Origin: Hypanus sabinus
Lineage: Eukaryota
Assembly: GCF_030144855.1 (NCBI RefSeq)
Contig: NC_082707.1
Location: 36,394,001 to 36,458,000 of the forward strand
DNA length: 64,000 nt
Direction: 5' to 3'
Shown here one piece after another: positions 45,100 through 57,439 of the stretch. The position numbers were made by a program, and so were the translations under genes. The notes beneath the pieces were generated by a model that worked only from the letters and a program-made list of their open reading frames with translations, did no database searches and was not told where the DNA came from. The stretch's first letter is position 1. Every line of letters begins with the position of its first letter.

Positions 45100-46240
45100 A
45101 GTTTTCGTGAGTAGATAATTCCAAAGTGTCACCTCCCTCTGAGTAAAGATTTTTTTTCATCCAGTTCTAAATGGCTCACTACTATTTTTAAACTGTGCCC
45201 TAGACTAAGAGTTGCATCTTCCTATAGTTAGCCTGCCAGGCTTACAATTTTGAACAGCTTAAGCTTTAGAGAATGTAGTCTCAGTCTAGTCATACTCTCC
45301 TCATATGACAGACCTCTGAATCCCTGCTAGTCTTGTGAATATTTGCTGTGGTCCATCTATGACAAGTGCATCCTTTCTCATTTAAGGAGACCAAAACTGC
45401 ACAATACTCAAGTGAGGATTCATCAAGATCTTATACAACTGCAATAAGACTTGTTTGGTCCTGTAATCAGACTCTTCTGTTATCAAGACTAACATTACTT
45501 AGCCTTCTTAATTACTGGCTTTCAGTAACATGTTAGTCATCAGTAATTTGTGTGCAAGTACACCTGGATACCTTTGAACATCAATGTAACACAGTATCAC
45601 ACCATTTAACACACCTTTTTCTCTGTTCACTTAGCAAAGTTAATACCTGCTTCATTTCCTACATGATATTCCACCTGTCATATTCTTGCATACTCACGTG
45701 AATTGGCAATATGTCTCAAAACCACTCTGCATCCTTCTACTTACTCACAATCCCACCCAGTGTTATATCATCAGCAAACTTGGAGATATGGCATCTAGTT
45801 TTTCATATAGATTGTGAATAACTGGAGCCTTTGCACCAATCCCTGTAGTATACCAACAGTGATAGCCCGGCAAGTTGAGATCAATTTGTTTACCCACATT
45901 AGGGTCTTTGATTCCTACCCAACAATTGATACTCTACCTACATCAGAGTATTAATCTAATTCCATGCCCTCTACCCTTAATGGCCAACTTCCTCATGAAA
46001 CTTCATCAATAGTCTTCTGCAAATCCAAATACAGCCCAGTCACGTTTACAGTATTCCCTTATCTAATATGCTAGTCAAATACTCAAAGAAGCATAGTAGA
46101 TTAATTCAACATGATTTATCTGTTCATTCTTAATATTCCTTACCAGGTATTCTGTTAATACAGCTTTCATTATAGATTCTAGCATTTCCTTGCCACCGAT
46201 GTTTTTCCACAGTGGTTAACACATCCCTGCCTTTTCAACA
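45100..46240 (-). mobile_element. Old, highly diverged CR1 fragment
   Basis: Minus strand ISKFADDITLGGIV at ~45730-45790 and eroded C-terminal motifs. Confidence 0.5.
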
Positions 46241-46435
46241 TTTTTGTTCTATGTGGCCCTAATATTTGTGACCCCCGCCTAACTACATAATCATAAGCAC
46301 AGAGAGAGTAGTGCAGTGGATTAAGCATGCGTGCTTGAGGTATGCTAGTGTTGGTTATCAGCAAAGAGGACTTTTTCAAACTCCCTTTGACCTGAACCAT
46401 CTTTGCTGCTTGACTTTGTTTTTGTCATTTACTAA

Positions 46436-48720
46436 TTTCATAGAAACATAGAAAACCTACAGCACAATACAGGCCCTTTGGCCCACAAAAGCTGTGCCGA
46501 ATGAGTCTTTACCTGATTAATTACCTAGCCCTTGATTTTTCTGAGCTCCATATACCTGTCCAGGAGCCTCTTAAAAGACTCTGTCATATCCACCTCCACC
46601 ACTGTCGCCGGCAACACATTCCATGCACTCACCACGCTCTACATAAAAAACTTACCCTGATATCTCTTCGGTACCTACTTCCAAGCACCTTAAAACTGTA
46701 CCCTCTCATGTTAGCCATTTCAGTCCTGGGAAAAAGCCCCTGACTATCCACACGATCAATCCCTATCAAAATCCCTATCAGGTAACCTCTCATCCTCCAT
46801 CGATCCAAGGAAAAAAGCCGAGTTCACGCAACCTATTCTCATAAGGCATGTTCCCCAATCCAAGCAACATCCTTGTAAATCTCCTCTGCACCCTTTCTAT
46901 AGCTTCCACATCCTTCATATAGTGAGGTGACCAGAAATGAGCACAGTACTCCACGTGGGGTCTGACCAGGGTTCTATATAGCTGCAACATTACCTCTCGG
47001 CTCCTAAACTGAATCTCATGATTGATGAAGACCAATGCACTGTATGCTTTCTTAACCACAGAGTCAACCTGTGCAGCAGCTTTGAGTGTCCTATGGACTT
47101 GGACCCAAGATCTCTCTGATCCTCTACACTGCCAAGAGTCTTACCACTAATGCAATATTCTGCAATCATATTTGACCTATCAAAATGAACCACCTCAAGT
47201 CAATTCAAGTCAAGTCACTTTTTATTGTCATTTCGACCATAACTGCTGGTACAGTACACAGTAAAAACGAGATAAAGTTTTTCAGGACCATGGTGTTACA
47301 TGACACAGTACAAAAACTAGACTGAACTACGTAAAAAACAACACAGAAAAAAAATACACTAGACTACAGACCTACCTAGGACTGCATAAAGTGCACAAAA
47401 CAGTGCAGGCACTACAATAAATAATAAACAAGACAATAGGGCAGTAAGGTGTCAGTCCAGGCTCTGGGTATTGAGGAGTCTGATAGCTTGGGGGAAGAAA
47501 CTGTTACATATTCTGGTTGTGAGAGCCCGAATGCTTCAATGCCTTTTCTCAGATGGCAGGAGGGAGAAGAGTCTGTATGAGGTGTGCACGGGGTCTTTCA
47601 TAGTGCTGTTTGCTTTGCGGAAGCAGCGTGTAGTGTAAATGTCCATGATGGCAGGAAGAGAGACCCCGATGATCTCAGCTGACCTCACTATCCGATGTAG
47701 GGTCTTGCGATCCAAGATGTGCAATTTCTGAATCAGGCAGTGATGCAGCTGCTTAGGATGCTGTCAATACAATCCCTGTAGAATGTGGTGAGGATGGTGG
47801 GTGGGAGATGGACTTTTCTCAGCCTTCACAAAAAGTGGAGATGCTGCTGGGCTTTTTTTGCTAAGGAGCTGGCGTTGAGGGACCAGGTGAGACTCTCCTC
47901 CAGATGAACACCAAGAAATTTGGTGCTCTTAATGATCTCTACCGAGGAGCCATCGATGTTCAGTGGGGAGTGGTCTCCATGCCCTCCTGAAGTCAACAAC
48001 CATCTCTTTTGTTTGGTTCACATTCAGAGACAGATCGTTGGCTCTGCACCAGTCCGATAGCTGCTGCATATCCTCTGTAAGCTGACTTGTTCTTGCTGAT
48101 GAGACCCACCACGGTTGTGTCATCGGCAAACTTGATGATGTGGTTCGAGCTGTGTGTTGCAGCACAGTCGTGGGTCAGCAGAGTGAACAGCAGTGGATTG
48201 AGCACACAGCCCTGGGGAGCCCCCGTGCTCAGTGTGATGGTATTGGAGATGCTGCTCCCAATCTGGACTGACTGAGGTCTCCCAGTCAGGAAGTCTAGGA
48301 TCCAGTTGCTGAGGGAGGTGTTCAGGCCCAGTAGGCCTCACACTTATCTGGGTTGACTCCATCCGCCACTTCTCAGTCCAGTTTTGCATCCTATCAATGT
48401 CCTGCTGTAACCTCTGTTGTAACTATCCACAACTCTTCTAACCTTTGTGTCATCAGCCAACACATCCCTCCACTCCCTCATCCAGGTCATTTATAAAAAT
48501 CACAAATAGTAGGGGTCCCTGAACAGATCCCTGAGGCACCCCACTGGTCACCAACCTCTATGCAGAATATGATCCGTCTACAAACACACTTTGCCTTCCG
48601 TGGGCAAGCCAGTTCTGGATCCACAAAGCAATTTCCCCTTGGATCCCATGCCTCCTTACTTTCTCAATAAGCCTTGCATGGGGTACCTTGTCAAATGCCT
48701 TGCTGAAATCCATATACACT
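46436..48720 (-). mobile_element. CR1 LINE interrupted by a Rex1/Babar element
   Basis: VMLQLYRTLVRPHVEYCAHFWSP; RT motifs resume at ~48335. Confidence 0.85.
47197..48335 (-). mobile_element. Rex1/Babar-type LINE nested in CR1
   Basis: [23 protein letters not shown]; [17 protein letters not shown]. Confidence 0.85.
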
Positions 48721-49489
48721 ACATCCTCTACCATTTCACTTATTACTTTTCAGTCCTGCTGAAAAGTCTTAGCCCAAAATGTCGACTATACTCTTTTCCA
48801 TAGAAATTGCCTGGCCTGCTAAGTTCTTCCAGCATTTTGTGTGTGTTGCTTGGACTTCCAGGATTTACAGATTTTATTTTGTTTGTGAATCTTTAGAACA
48901 GTTTTACATTTCACTTTTGAATGCAGCATTTCCTACTTCTAAGAATTTCTCATTTGCCTTTTGTGTTTTCTTCCCCTTGAGGTTCCTAACCCCTGACAAA
49001 CTAATATTAATCTGCTACGATGGCATCAACAATGCCACCCCTTCCAAATTCTCACAGGATTCTTGTCCTGGTCATATTATGGTGTAACCTGTCCTTTCGA
49101 TACAGGTCCCATCTGCTCCAGGCATAGTTCCTAAACCTCCGAAACCTAAGAAATGGTGGTCCAAAGCCTTCTATACCTAAATTTTTCAAATGTTCATCTG
49201 GACACTTCTTAAGTGCTGCTGGTGACCTAGTTTAGCTCCTTCTCTCAGGCAGTGCATCGCACATACTCATTGCTCTCTGGATGAAGGTCCCCTCTAGTCC
49301 TTGTTACAATGACTTCCAGATGTTCATCATCCTCTTTCAGACTTCATTCTAAAGTCATTCAGTGGCTGAATTGACCTTGGCAACAGGAAGAAAATATTGT
49401 CTTCTTGCCCTGCCTAAGACTCAGAAATCTCAGTTGTTCCCCCCCATCCCCACCCCACCCTCACCAACTACTGAATCAACAGTGCTCTC

Positions 49490-49912
49490 TCAGAATCAGA
49501 ATCAGGTTTGTTATCAATGGCATGCCTTGTGAAATTTGTTAACTTAGCAGCAGCAGTTCAATGCAATACATAAAACAGAAGAAAAAATAAAATAAAAAAT
49601 AATAGTAAATAAATAAATCAATTACAGTATACGTATATTGAGTAGATTAAAATCATGCAAAAAACAGGTGATATATAGTAAAAAAGTGAGGTCGTGTCCA
49701 AGAGTTCAATGTCCATTTAGGAACTGGATGGCAGAGGGGAAGAAGCTGTCCCTGAATCGCTGAGTGTGTGCCCTCAGGCTTCTGTACCTCCTACTTGATG
49801 GTGACAGTGAGAAAAGGGCATGCCCTGGATACTGAAGGTCCTTAATAATGGACGCTGCCTTCTGAGAGACTGCTCCTTGAAGATGTCCTGGATACTTTGT
49901 AGGCTAGTGCCC
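49490..49912 (-). mobile_element. Rex1/Babar-type 3' end
   Basis: (TCAGAA)n tail; close relative of 56650-57130. Confidence 0.8.
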
Positions 49913-50144
49913 ATCTTCCTCCCTTTCTATGCAGTTGAACCACTGATAGTGTCACACTCCTGACTCCAACAGGATTTCTCTGAGAAGCCACCAGTGTAAT
50001 AACATCTGTCCATGAGATTAATCCAGAGGACTTCTGCACCAGCTGCCTACTCCAACAATCTGCCTGGTGGTCACCCATACCCCTGTCTGCTCATGTTTAA
50101 GCTGTAGTGTGATTCCCTCTCTGTGCATGCTATCCATGAAGGTC

Positions 50145-52545
50145 CCCTAGGGCCATACAGCATGACAGCACAGAAACAAGTCCTTTGGCCCATCTAATTC
50201 ATGTCTAGCCTCTTCGAACTGCACCTGGACCATACCATTCTACTCCATGTGCTTATCGACACTCCTCTGAAATATCGCAGCTGAACCTGCTTTTTCCACA
50301 TTCCCACCATCCTCTGCGTAAAGATCCTCCCCCGGTTCCCCTTAAACATTTCACCTTTTACTCTTAACCTATGCCCTCTAGTTTCAGTCTCATTAAGCTC
50401 ACTGCTTACCTTTACCAGATCTATAACCCCTCATAATTTTGTATACCTCTATCATATCTCCCCTCACAAACAAGAGAAAGTATGCAGATGCCAGAAATCC
50501 AAGCAACACACACAAAAGGCTGGAGGAACTGAGCAGGCCTGACAGCATCAATGGGAAAGAGTATGCAGATGACTTTCTGGGCCAAGATCCTTCAGTAGGA
50601 TTGGAGAAAAAAAGTTAGAGAAAAAGGTGGGGGGAAGGGATGAAGAAGTACAAAGTAGTAGGAGAGGTAAAACTAGGAGAGGGGGAGGGGTGAAGTTAAG
50701 AGCTGGGAAATTGAATGGCAAAAGAGATAAAGGGCTGGAGAAATCCATGGATGAAAGGGGGGGAGGAGGAGGAGCACCACAAGGAGGTGATGGGCACGTA
50801 AAGTGATAAGGTAAGCGAGTGAAATAGGAATGAGGAATCATGAAGGAGAGTGTGGGGGCAATTATCAGAAGTTCAAGAAATTGATGTTCGTGCCATCAGG
50901 TTTGAGGCTACCCACTCCTCCAACCTGAGTTTGGCCCATCTAACTGCAATGAAGCCACACTCAAGATGGAGGAGTGACATCTTATTTCCATCTGGATAGC
51001 CTCCAGTCTGATGGTATGAAGATCAGTTTCTCAATCTTCTGGTAAATTCCGCCCCCCCCCCCACCTCTTTGCCATTCCTCATTCCCATTTCCCTCTCTCA
51101 TTTTATCTCCTTATCTATCTCTTCCCTTTACCTCATGCCTCCCTCTCTCCCAGTTCCACCTCTCACCCACTAACTTGTACTTCCTCCTCTCCTCCCCCCA
51201 CCTTCTTACTCTGACCTCATCATTTCTCTCCAGTCCTGATGAATGGACCCGGCCCAAAATGTCAACTGTACTATTTTCCATGCATGCTGCCTGGCCTGTT
51301 GAGTTCCTCCAGCATTTTGTGTGTGTTGCTTAAACCTCTCCTCATCCTTCTACACTCCAGGGAATAAGGTCCCAATGTTTCCTTATAACTCAGGTCCTCA
51401 AGTCCCAGCAACATCCTTGTAATGTTTTCTGTACCTAGGTGATCATAGCTGCAGACAATACACCGAACTTGGTCTCACCAACTCTTATATATCTTCATCT
51501 TAACATCCCAAATCCTATACTCAATACTTTGATCTATGAAGGCCAATATGGTCTCATTGCTCTCTCTACGACTGTATCCACTTGTGATGCTACTTTTTAA
51601 TAGATTATGGCTCTGAATTCCTAGATACCCCTGTTCTACTGCATTTCTCAGTGCCCTAACATTCACTCTGTAAGTCCCACCCTGGTTTGTCTGTGTGAAA
51701 TTCCATCTGTCATTTTTCAGATCATTATTTCCAGTTGGCCCAAATCCCGCTGCAAGCTTTGATAGGCAGACAGACATACTTTATTGATCCCAAGCGAAAT
51801 TGAGTTTTGTTACAATTGCACTACCAAGAATAGTGTGGAAACATAACAATATAAAACCATAAATAATTAAATACTAATAAGTAAATTATTCCAAGTGGAA
51901 ATAAGTCCAGGACCAGCCTATTGGCTCAGGGTGTCTGCCACTCCGAGGGAGGAGTTGTAAAGTTTGATGGCCACAGGCAGGAATGATGCTCAGTGTTGGT
52001 TGCATCTTGGTGGAATGAGTCTCTGGCTGAATGTACTCCTGTGCCTAACCAGTACATTATGGAGTGGATGGGAGACATTGTCCAAGATGGCGAGCAAATT
52101 GAACAGCATCCTTGCTTACAGAGGCAGACTTCCTTGCTGCCTACTACACCATCAATCTTGGTGTCATCTGATCCAGTTTACCACATTATCATCTAGATCA
52201 GTGATATAGAAGAAAAATAACAAGGGACCAAAACTAGTCCCGCAACATGTCCTAGTCACAGGACTCAATTCAGAGAGGCAACCACCTACTACAGCTCGAT
52301 GGCTTCTCCTGTTTAGTTAATGTCAAATCCAATTTACTAGCTCATCCTGAATGCCAAGTGACTGAATCTTCTTAAACAGCCTCCCATGAAGGCCTTTGAC
52401 AAAGGTCTTGTTAAAGTCCATGTAGACAACATACGCCGCCTTTCCTTCGTCAACTTTCCTGTAACCTCCACAAAAAATCTTTATAAAATTGGTTAGACTT
52501 GACCTACCATGCGCCAAGCCATGTTTACAATCTCTAAGGAGGCCC
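50145..52545 (-). mobile_element. CR1 LINE with two nested insertions
   Basis: CR1 tail at ~50145; YVVYMDFNKTF at ~52400; contains the PLE fold-back 50467-51330 and Rex1 51770-52135. Confidence 0.75.
50467..51330. mobile_element. Long Penelope-like fold-back insertion
   Basis: Inverted termini with purine/pyrimidine arms around GIY-YIG C-terminal scraps; degenerate 14-bp TSD (10/14 match). Confidence 0.75.
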
Positions 52546-54769
52546 TCTCTGTCCTAATACTTATATATCAGCCTCCTTAGAATACAGCAGAATGAGCTGT
52601 TATGTGGTAACTCCAAGATGAAGAGCTAAAGCTTGGGGACTAGTCCTTTGAAGGAGGAAATAAATGTTTAGGGTGATAGACAGTTTTACTACCTCAGGAT
52701 GAGGTAGTAAATCAAAATTTATTTGGATGGTATTGAGCTTCTTAAGTGCTGTTTGAACTGTGTATCCAGAAAGAGTACCCCGTTGACCTATACCTTGTAG
52801 ATGGTTCAAAGGCTTTACAAGTTGGTAGGCAACTCACATGTGGCAAGGTGCTGTATTTTGGCCGGTTCTTTCAGCGAAAATAGTTATTTGACTGATCCAG
52901 ATACAACTCTAATCAATAGTGACTTCCAGGATTTTAATGGTGAAATCATTGCTTTCATATCAAAGTTAAATTCTCTCAGTGGAGATAATCATTGCTTGGC
53001 ACATGTGTGGTAAAAATGATAATCATTGCTTCATTTTCTGAGGTGCTGCAAATGGAATTGGATAACATACTATCATTAAATTTCCTCAAACTGATAGAGA
53101 GAAGGTGATTGATGAGGATCAAATCCATGATTTTTGAGTCCTGGGGTGAAACCTGAAGTCGGAGGTCCGGCGTCTGTGAGTCTGAGAACCCTGGGACAAG
53201 GACCAGAGGCTCAGCGGTGATCTGTCCTGGGGTCAGAGTATTGTCAGTGTGTGCGGGTAGATGAGATGGATAAGAAAGGGGCTTGTTTTGTAGTTGTCAT
53301 CCGGTTTTATTTTGTTTTTGTTGCTTCTTGTGGTGTTCTGCAGAATATTGTCGGCATGCTGTTTTGGGGCTGGAGTGTGTGGTAACACTTATTGGCCCAA
53401 AAGCATCCTTGCATGAATTGGGTGTTAACAATGCACCTCTTTGTATGTTTTGATCTAGATGTGATAAATAAATCTTTATCTGAAGCAGCTGAAATAACTG
53501 GATTTGAGATATTGCCCTGAAGAAACTCCTTGAGGAAAGCCCTTACCTGGAAGAGCCTCCCTTTGAACAAGCACAACCACTTTCTTTTACATATCTGAGT
53601 ACTCCAGCTGGTGCAGTTTTCCACTAGATTCCCAGTGACTTCTGTTTTAACAGGGCTTCTTGTTGTGAGATAATCATGGCACCTCGATGTTAAAGTGCAG
53701 TTACCCTCACATGGCCTTAAGCTCATTTGTCCATGCTGGAACTAAAGCTGCAATGTGGTCTGAGGCTGAATTGCCTTGGGAAAATCCTTACCCAGAACTA
53801 GTAAACAGGTTATTGGTGAGTAAGTGGAATGGTGATGCACTCGCCTAATCTTACTTCTTCCTAGCAGAAGATTTAGATCACAGCAGCTCCACCAAGGATG
53901 TCCCAGATGCAATGAATAAACACATTTAGACTGAGATTCTAGGTTCCATTAGTTTAGTATGTATTTGAGGTGTGGATGCTGGTGCATACAGTCAGGCAGG
54001 CAGAATACAATAAGACAGCTGAAGAAGCTGCTCCAGCAGGTTATTATGCAATGATGCAGAAACAAGTCTATCCTTTGTATTGCAGTGAAGTTAGAAACCA
54101 CAAGATCCGCCGAAGAAAAGTTATCATTGATTGAGTATTTAATGCAGAACTTAATGAAGAGATGGAATAATCTCCTCAGGCACAAATACATTCAACATCA
54201 TTCCTGTAACTGAGAGTAGGCTGACTCAATGTTGCTTTTCCGTTTACCCATACGATTACCAACAAACAACACCATCAACTTGGATGCGATTATTTATTTT
54301 CTTTCTGTGGTTAACAAGCTAGGCTTTAATCTAGGCCAAGCTGAAGTCATTTCTACAGTTTCCTCTGTTTGTGATCTTAACCAGCAGAGCGAATGTCTTC
54401 CTCCGGTTTTCATTTCCTTCCTATGCATTCATTTTGTGATATTGTACGGTATCATCGGAAATGTGCACAGTTTTGTGCCTTAGCTAAAATCTAAAACCTT
54501 AGCTAAAATCTTCATGCCTTAGCGACAAGAAATTTAAACCGCACCATACAAGTTATTGATGAAACTAAAAAAGGATAAATTAATAGGTTCCATATCCAGC
54601 AATCTGTATAGTTCTTGACTGGCCCAAATACCACACTATTTATCATTTTTTTCAGCAAACGTAATTTTGAAGGGTATAAAAAGGAACAATTTCTTTGGGT
54701 AAGGGGCAATCTTCTCTTAGGTTGGGTTATGACTAAGGCTAGAACTAAGACTTGGAGATACGGAGAGAG

Positions 54770-55265
54770 GAAAATCCAACAAAAAGTAGTACATTCGGCC
54801 CAGTACATTATAGGTAAACCCGCACCCCCCCCCCCCCAACCATACAGCACATCTGCATGAGATGGCGTTGTAGGAAGCCGGTGTCCACAATCAGCGATCC
54901 CCACCATCCAGGCCATGCTCCCTTCACACTGCTTCCACCCTCTAGAAGATACGAGAACTTCAGCACTTGCACCACCAGGTTCAAGAACAGTTACTACCGC
55001 TCAGCCATCAGGCTCTTGAACAAAAGGCCACAACTAGACTCAACCTCACTTTAGAAATGTTCCCACAACCAACTTTCAAGTACTCTTTATCTCATGTTCT
55101 TGTTATTTATTGCTCTTTGTTTATATTTGCATTTGCAGTTTGTTGTCTTCTGCACTCTGGTTGATCTTTCACAGATCCTGTGAGAGTTACTATTCTATAG
55201 ATTTGTTGAGTATGCCTGCAAGAAAATGAATTCAGGGTTTTGAAGGTGGCATATATGTACTTTGA
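54770..55265 (+). mobile_element. Rex1/Babar-type 3' end
   Basis: HHPGHAPFTLLPPSRRY..RFKNSYY; tail ACTTTGAACT. Confidence 0.8.
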
Positions 55266-55268
55266 ACT

Positions 55269-55325
55269 GAGAGAGAGAGAGGGAAGAAGCTAGAGAGATA
55301 GAGAAAGGTAGATAGAGAGAGAGAG
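55269..55325. repeat. Imperfect (GA)n microsatellite
   Basis: Direct reading. Confidence 0.85.
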
Positions 55326-55770
55326 CTTGTTTTCCTTATTGCTACTTCATTAGACATTTGTTTTTTTTCCTGTATTGCATGTTTTATTTAACTCTAAGAA
55401 AGTGATCTCTTGTACTTCAACATGTGTAGTGACTCTTATGCTTGTGAGTACACAGATGAATGCCTCTTGCTGAGTCAGAGAAGAATGTGGAATGATTTTA
55501 AAAATGTTTTCATTATAACCTTCAATTAAATAATACTGAGATTTTCAGCCAAGATGGACAAGGCAATATGGCATCAGGTGAGGCAGTTATATGGATTCAG
55601 AAAATGATGTTGATAGATCTTGAAGTTTTGCATTTCAGTTTTCTATGTTGATGAGAAGAGAGACTACAGAGAGGATAAGCAAAGTGGCCACCATTCTGTG
55701 GTAGAACACCCATTCAGGTTGGGCTGTGAAAAGGATAGCAGCAAGAGGCAGCAGTGAAGTGAGTGGGATG

Positions 55771-55987
55771 TGATGCACCATCAATAACTCACTCTGAGAC
55801 GTAAAGGCGAGATATCGGCTTTTATTGACTGGAAGAAGGAACAAGCAGTGAATGACCACCATACTACATCCTGGAGACTGAGAGGCCGGGCTCAGGCCTC
55901 GATCGCCTTTATACAGGGGTCTGTGGGAGGAGCCACAGGAGCAGTCAGCAGGGGGCGTATCTAGACAGGTATATGTAGTTCACCATA
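55771..55987 (-). mobile_element. Solo LTR copy 1 (217 bp), TSD GGATG
   Basis: TG..CA-type ends; TATAAA and AATAAA on the minus strand; GGATG at 55766-70 and 55988-92. Confidence 0.88.
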
Positions 55988-56109
55988 GGATGGTAACTGA
56001 ACACCATACAGGACATGCTTTCTTCTTGCTACTACCATTGGGTGGGAGATACAGAAGCCTTAGGTCTCACATCACTTGGTTCAGGGACAATAATTACCCT
56101 ACATCCATC

Positions 56110-56535
56110 AGTGGACAGGTTGCTTAAAGCTGACAATAAGACAACAGTAAGTCAAATTGATGTACCATCAATAACTCACTCTGAGACGTGAAGGCGAGAT
56201 ATCAGCTTTTATTGACTGGAAGAAGGAACAAGCAGTGAGTGACCACCATACTACATCCTGGAGACTGAGAGGCCAGGCTCAGGCCTCAATCGCCTTTATA
56301 CAGGGGTCTGTGGGAGGAGCCACAGGGGCAGTCAGCAGGGGGGCATGTCCCGACAGGTATATGTAGTTCACCACACAAATAACCACACATTACAACAATG
56401 GTGTGCAGAAGAGCATTTTTGAATGCACAACATGCCAGACATTGAAGTGGATGGGCTATGGCAGCAAAAGACCATGAACGTACATTCACTGGCAACTTTA
56501 TCAGGTACAGGAGGTGTGTAATAAAGTGGCTACTA
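56110..56535 (+). mobile_element. Tc1 remnant, same family as 8927-9460
   Basis: GTGCAGAAGAGCAT..TTGAAGTGGATGGGCTA..AATAAAGTGGC; split by solo LTR copy 2. Confidence 0.7.
56158..56375 (-). mobile_element. Solo LTR copy 2 (218 bp), TSD CAAAT
   Basis: Near-identical to copy 1; CAAAT at 56153-57 and 56376-80. Confidence 0.9.
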
Positions 56536-56649
56536 ACTGTATGTGTATTTTGATAATAAACTTACTTTGACTTTCAGTTTGTTCTCAGCAGCTACAAACT
56601 GCATAGTGAAGAAAGTGAGTTCTAAAGTCTGTGTTGTCTGTCTAGTCGC

Positions 56650-57415
56650 AGATCAGAATCAGAATCAGATTTATTATCACCTAATGTAGCAGCAGCATTT
56701 CAATGCAATACATAATATAGAAGAGAAAAGTAATAAAAATAAATAAGAAAATCAATTACAGTATACATATATTGAATAGATTAAAAATAGTGCAAAGAAC
56801 AGAAATACTGTATATTAAATAAGTGAGGTAGTGTCCAAGGGTTCAATGTCCATTTAGGAATCAGATGGCAGAAGGAAAGAAGCTGTTCCTGAATCACTGA
56901 CTGTGTGCCTTCAGGCTTCTGTACCTCCTACCTGATGGTAACAGTGAGAAAAGGGCATGGCCTGGGTGCGGAGGGTCCTTAATAATGGACGCTGCCTTTC
57001 TGAGACACCGCTCCCTGAAGATGTCCTGGGTACTTTGTAGGCTGGTGCCCAAGATGGAGCTGACTAGATTTACAACCCTCTGCAGCTTCTTTCGGTCCTG
57101 TGCAGTAGCCCCTCCATACCAGACAGTGATGCAGCCTGTCAGAATGCTCTCCATGCTGTATCTACAGAAGTTTGTGAGTGTACTTGTTGACATACCAAAT
57201 CTCTACAAACTCCTAATGAAATATAGTCACTGTCTTACCTTCTTTATAACTACATCAGTATGTTGGGACCAGGTTAGATCCTCAGAGATCTTGGCACCCA
57301 GGAACTTGAAACTGCTCACTCTCTCCACTTCTGATCCCTCTATGAGGATTGGTATGTGTTCCTTCATCTCACCCTTCCTGAAATCCACAATCAGCTCTTT
57401 CATCTCATTAAACAT
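56650..57415 (-). mobile_element. Rex1/Babar-type LINE 3' part
   Basis: ESILTGCITVWYGGATAQDRKKLQRVV..HPGHALFSLLPSGRRY. Confidence 0.88.
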
Positions 57416-57439
57416 GAAGTACACTGCAGATGCTGTGGT

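Noticed and set aside
55771-56375. Single TRIM-like mini LTR element
   Set aside because: Each LTR has its own distinct TSD, and the outer flanks (GGATG versus CAAAT) do not match.
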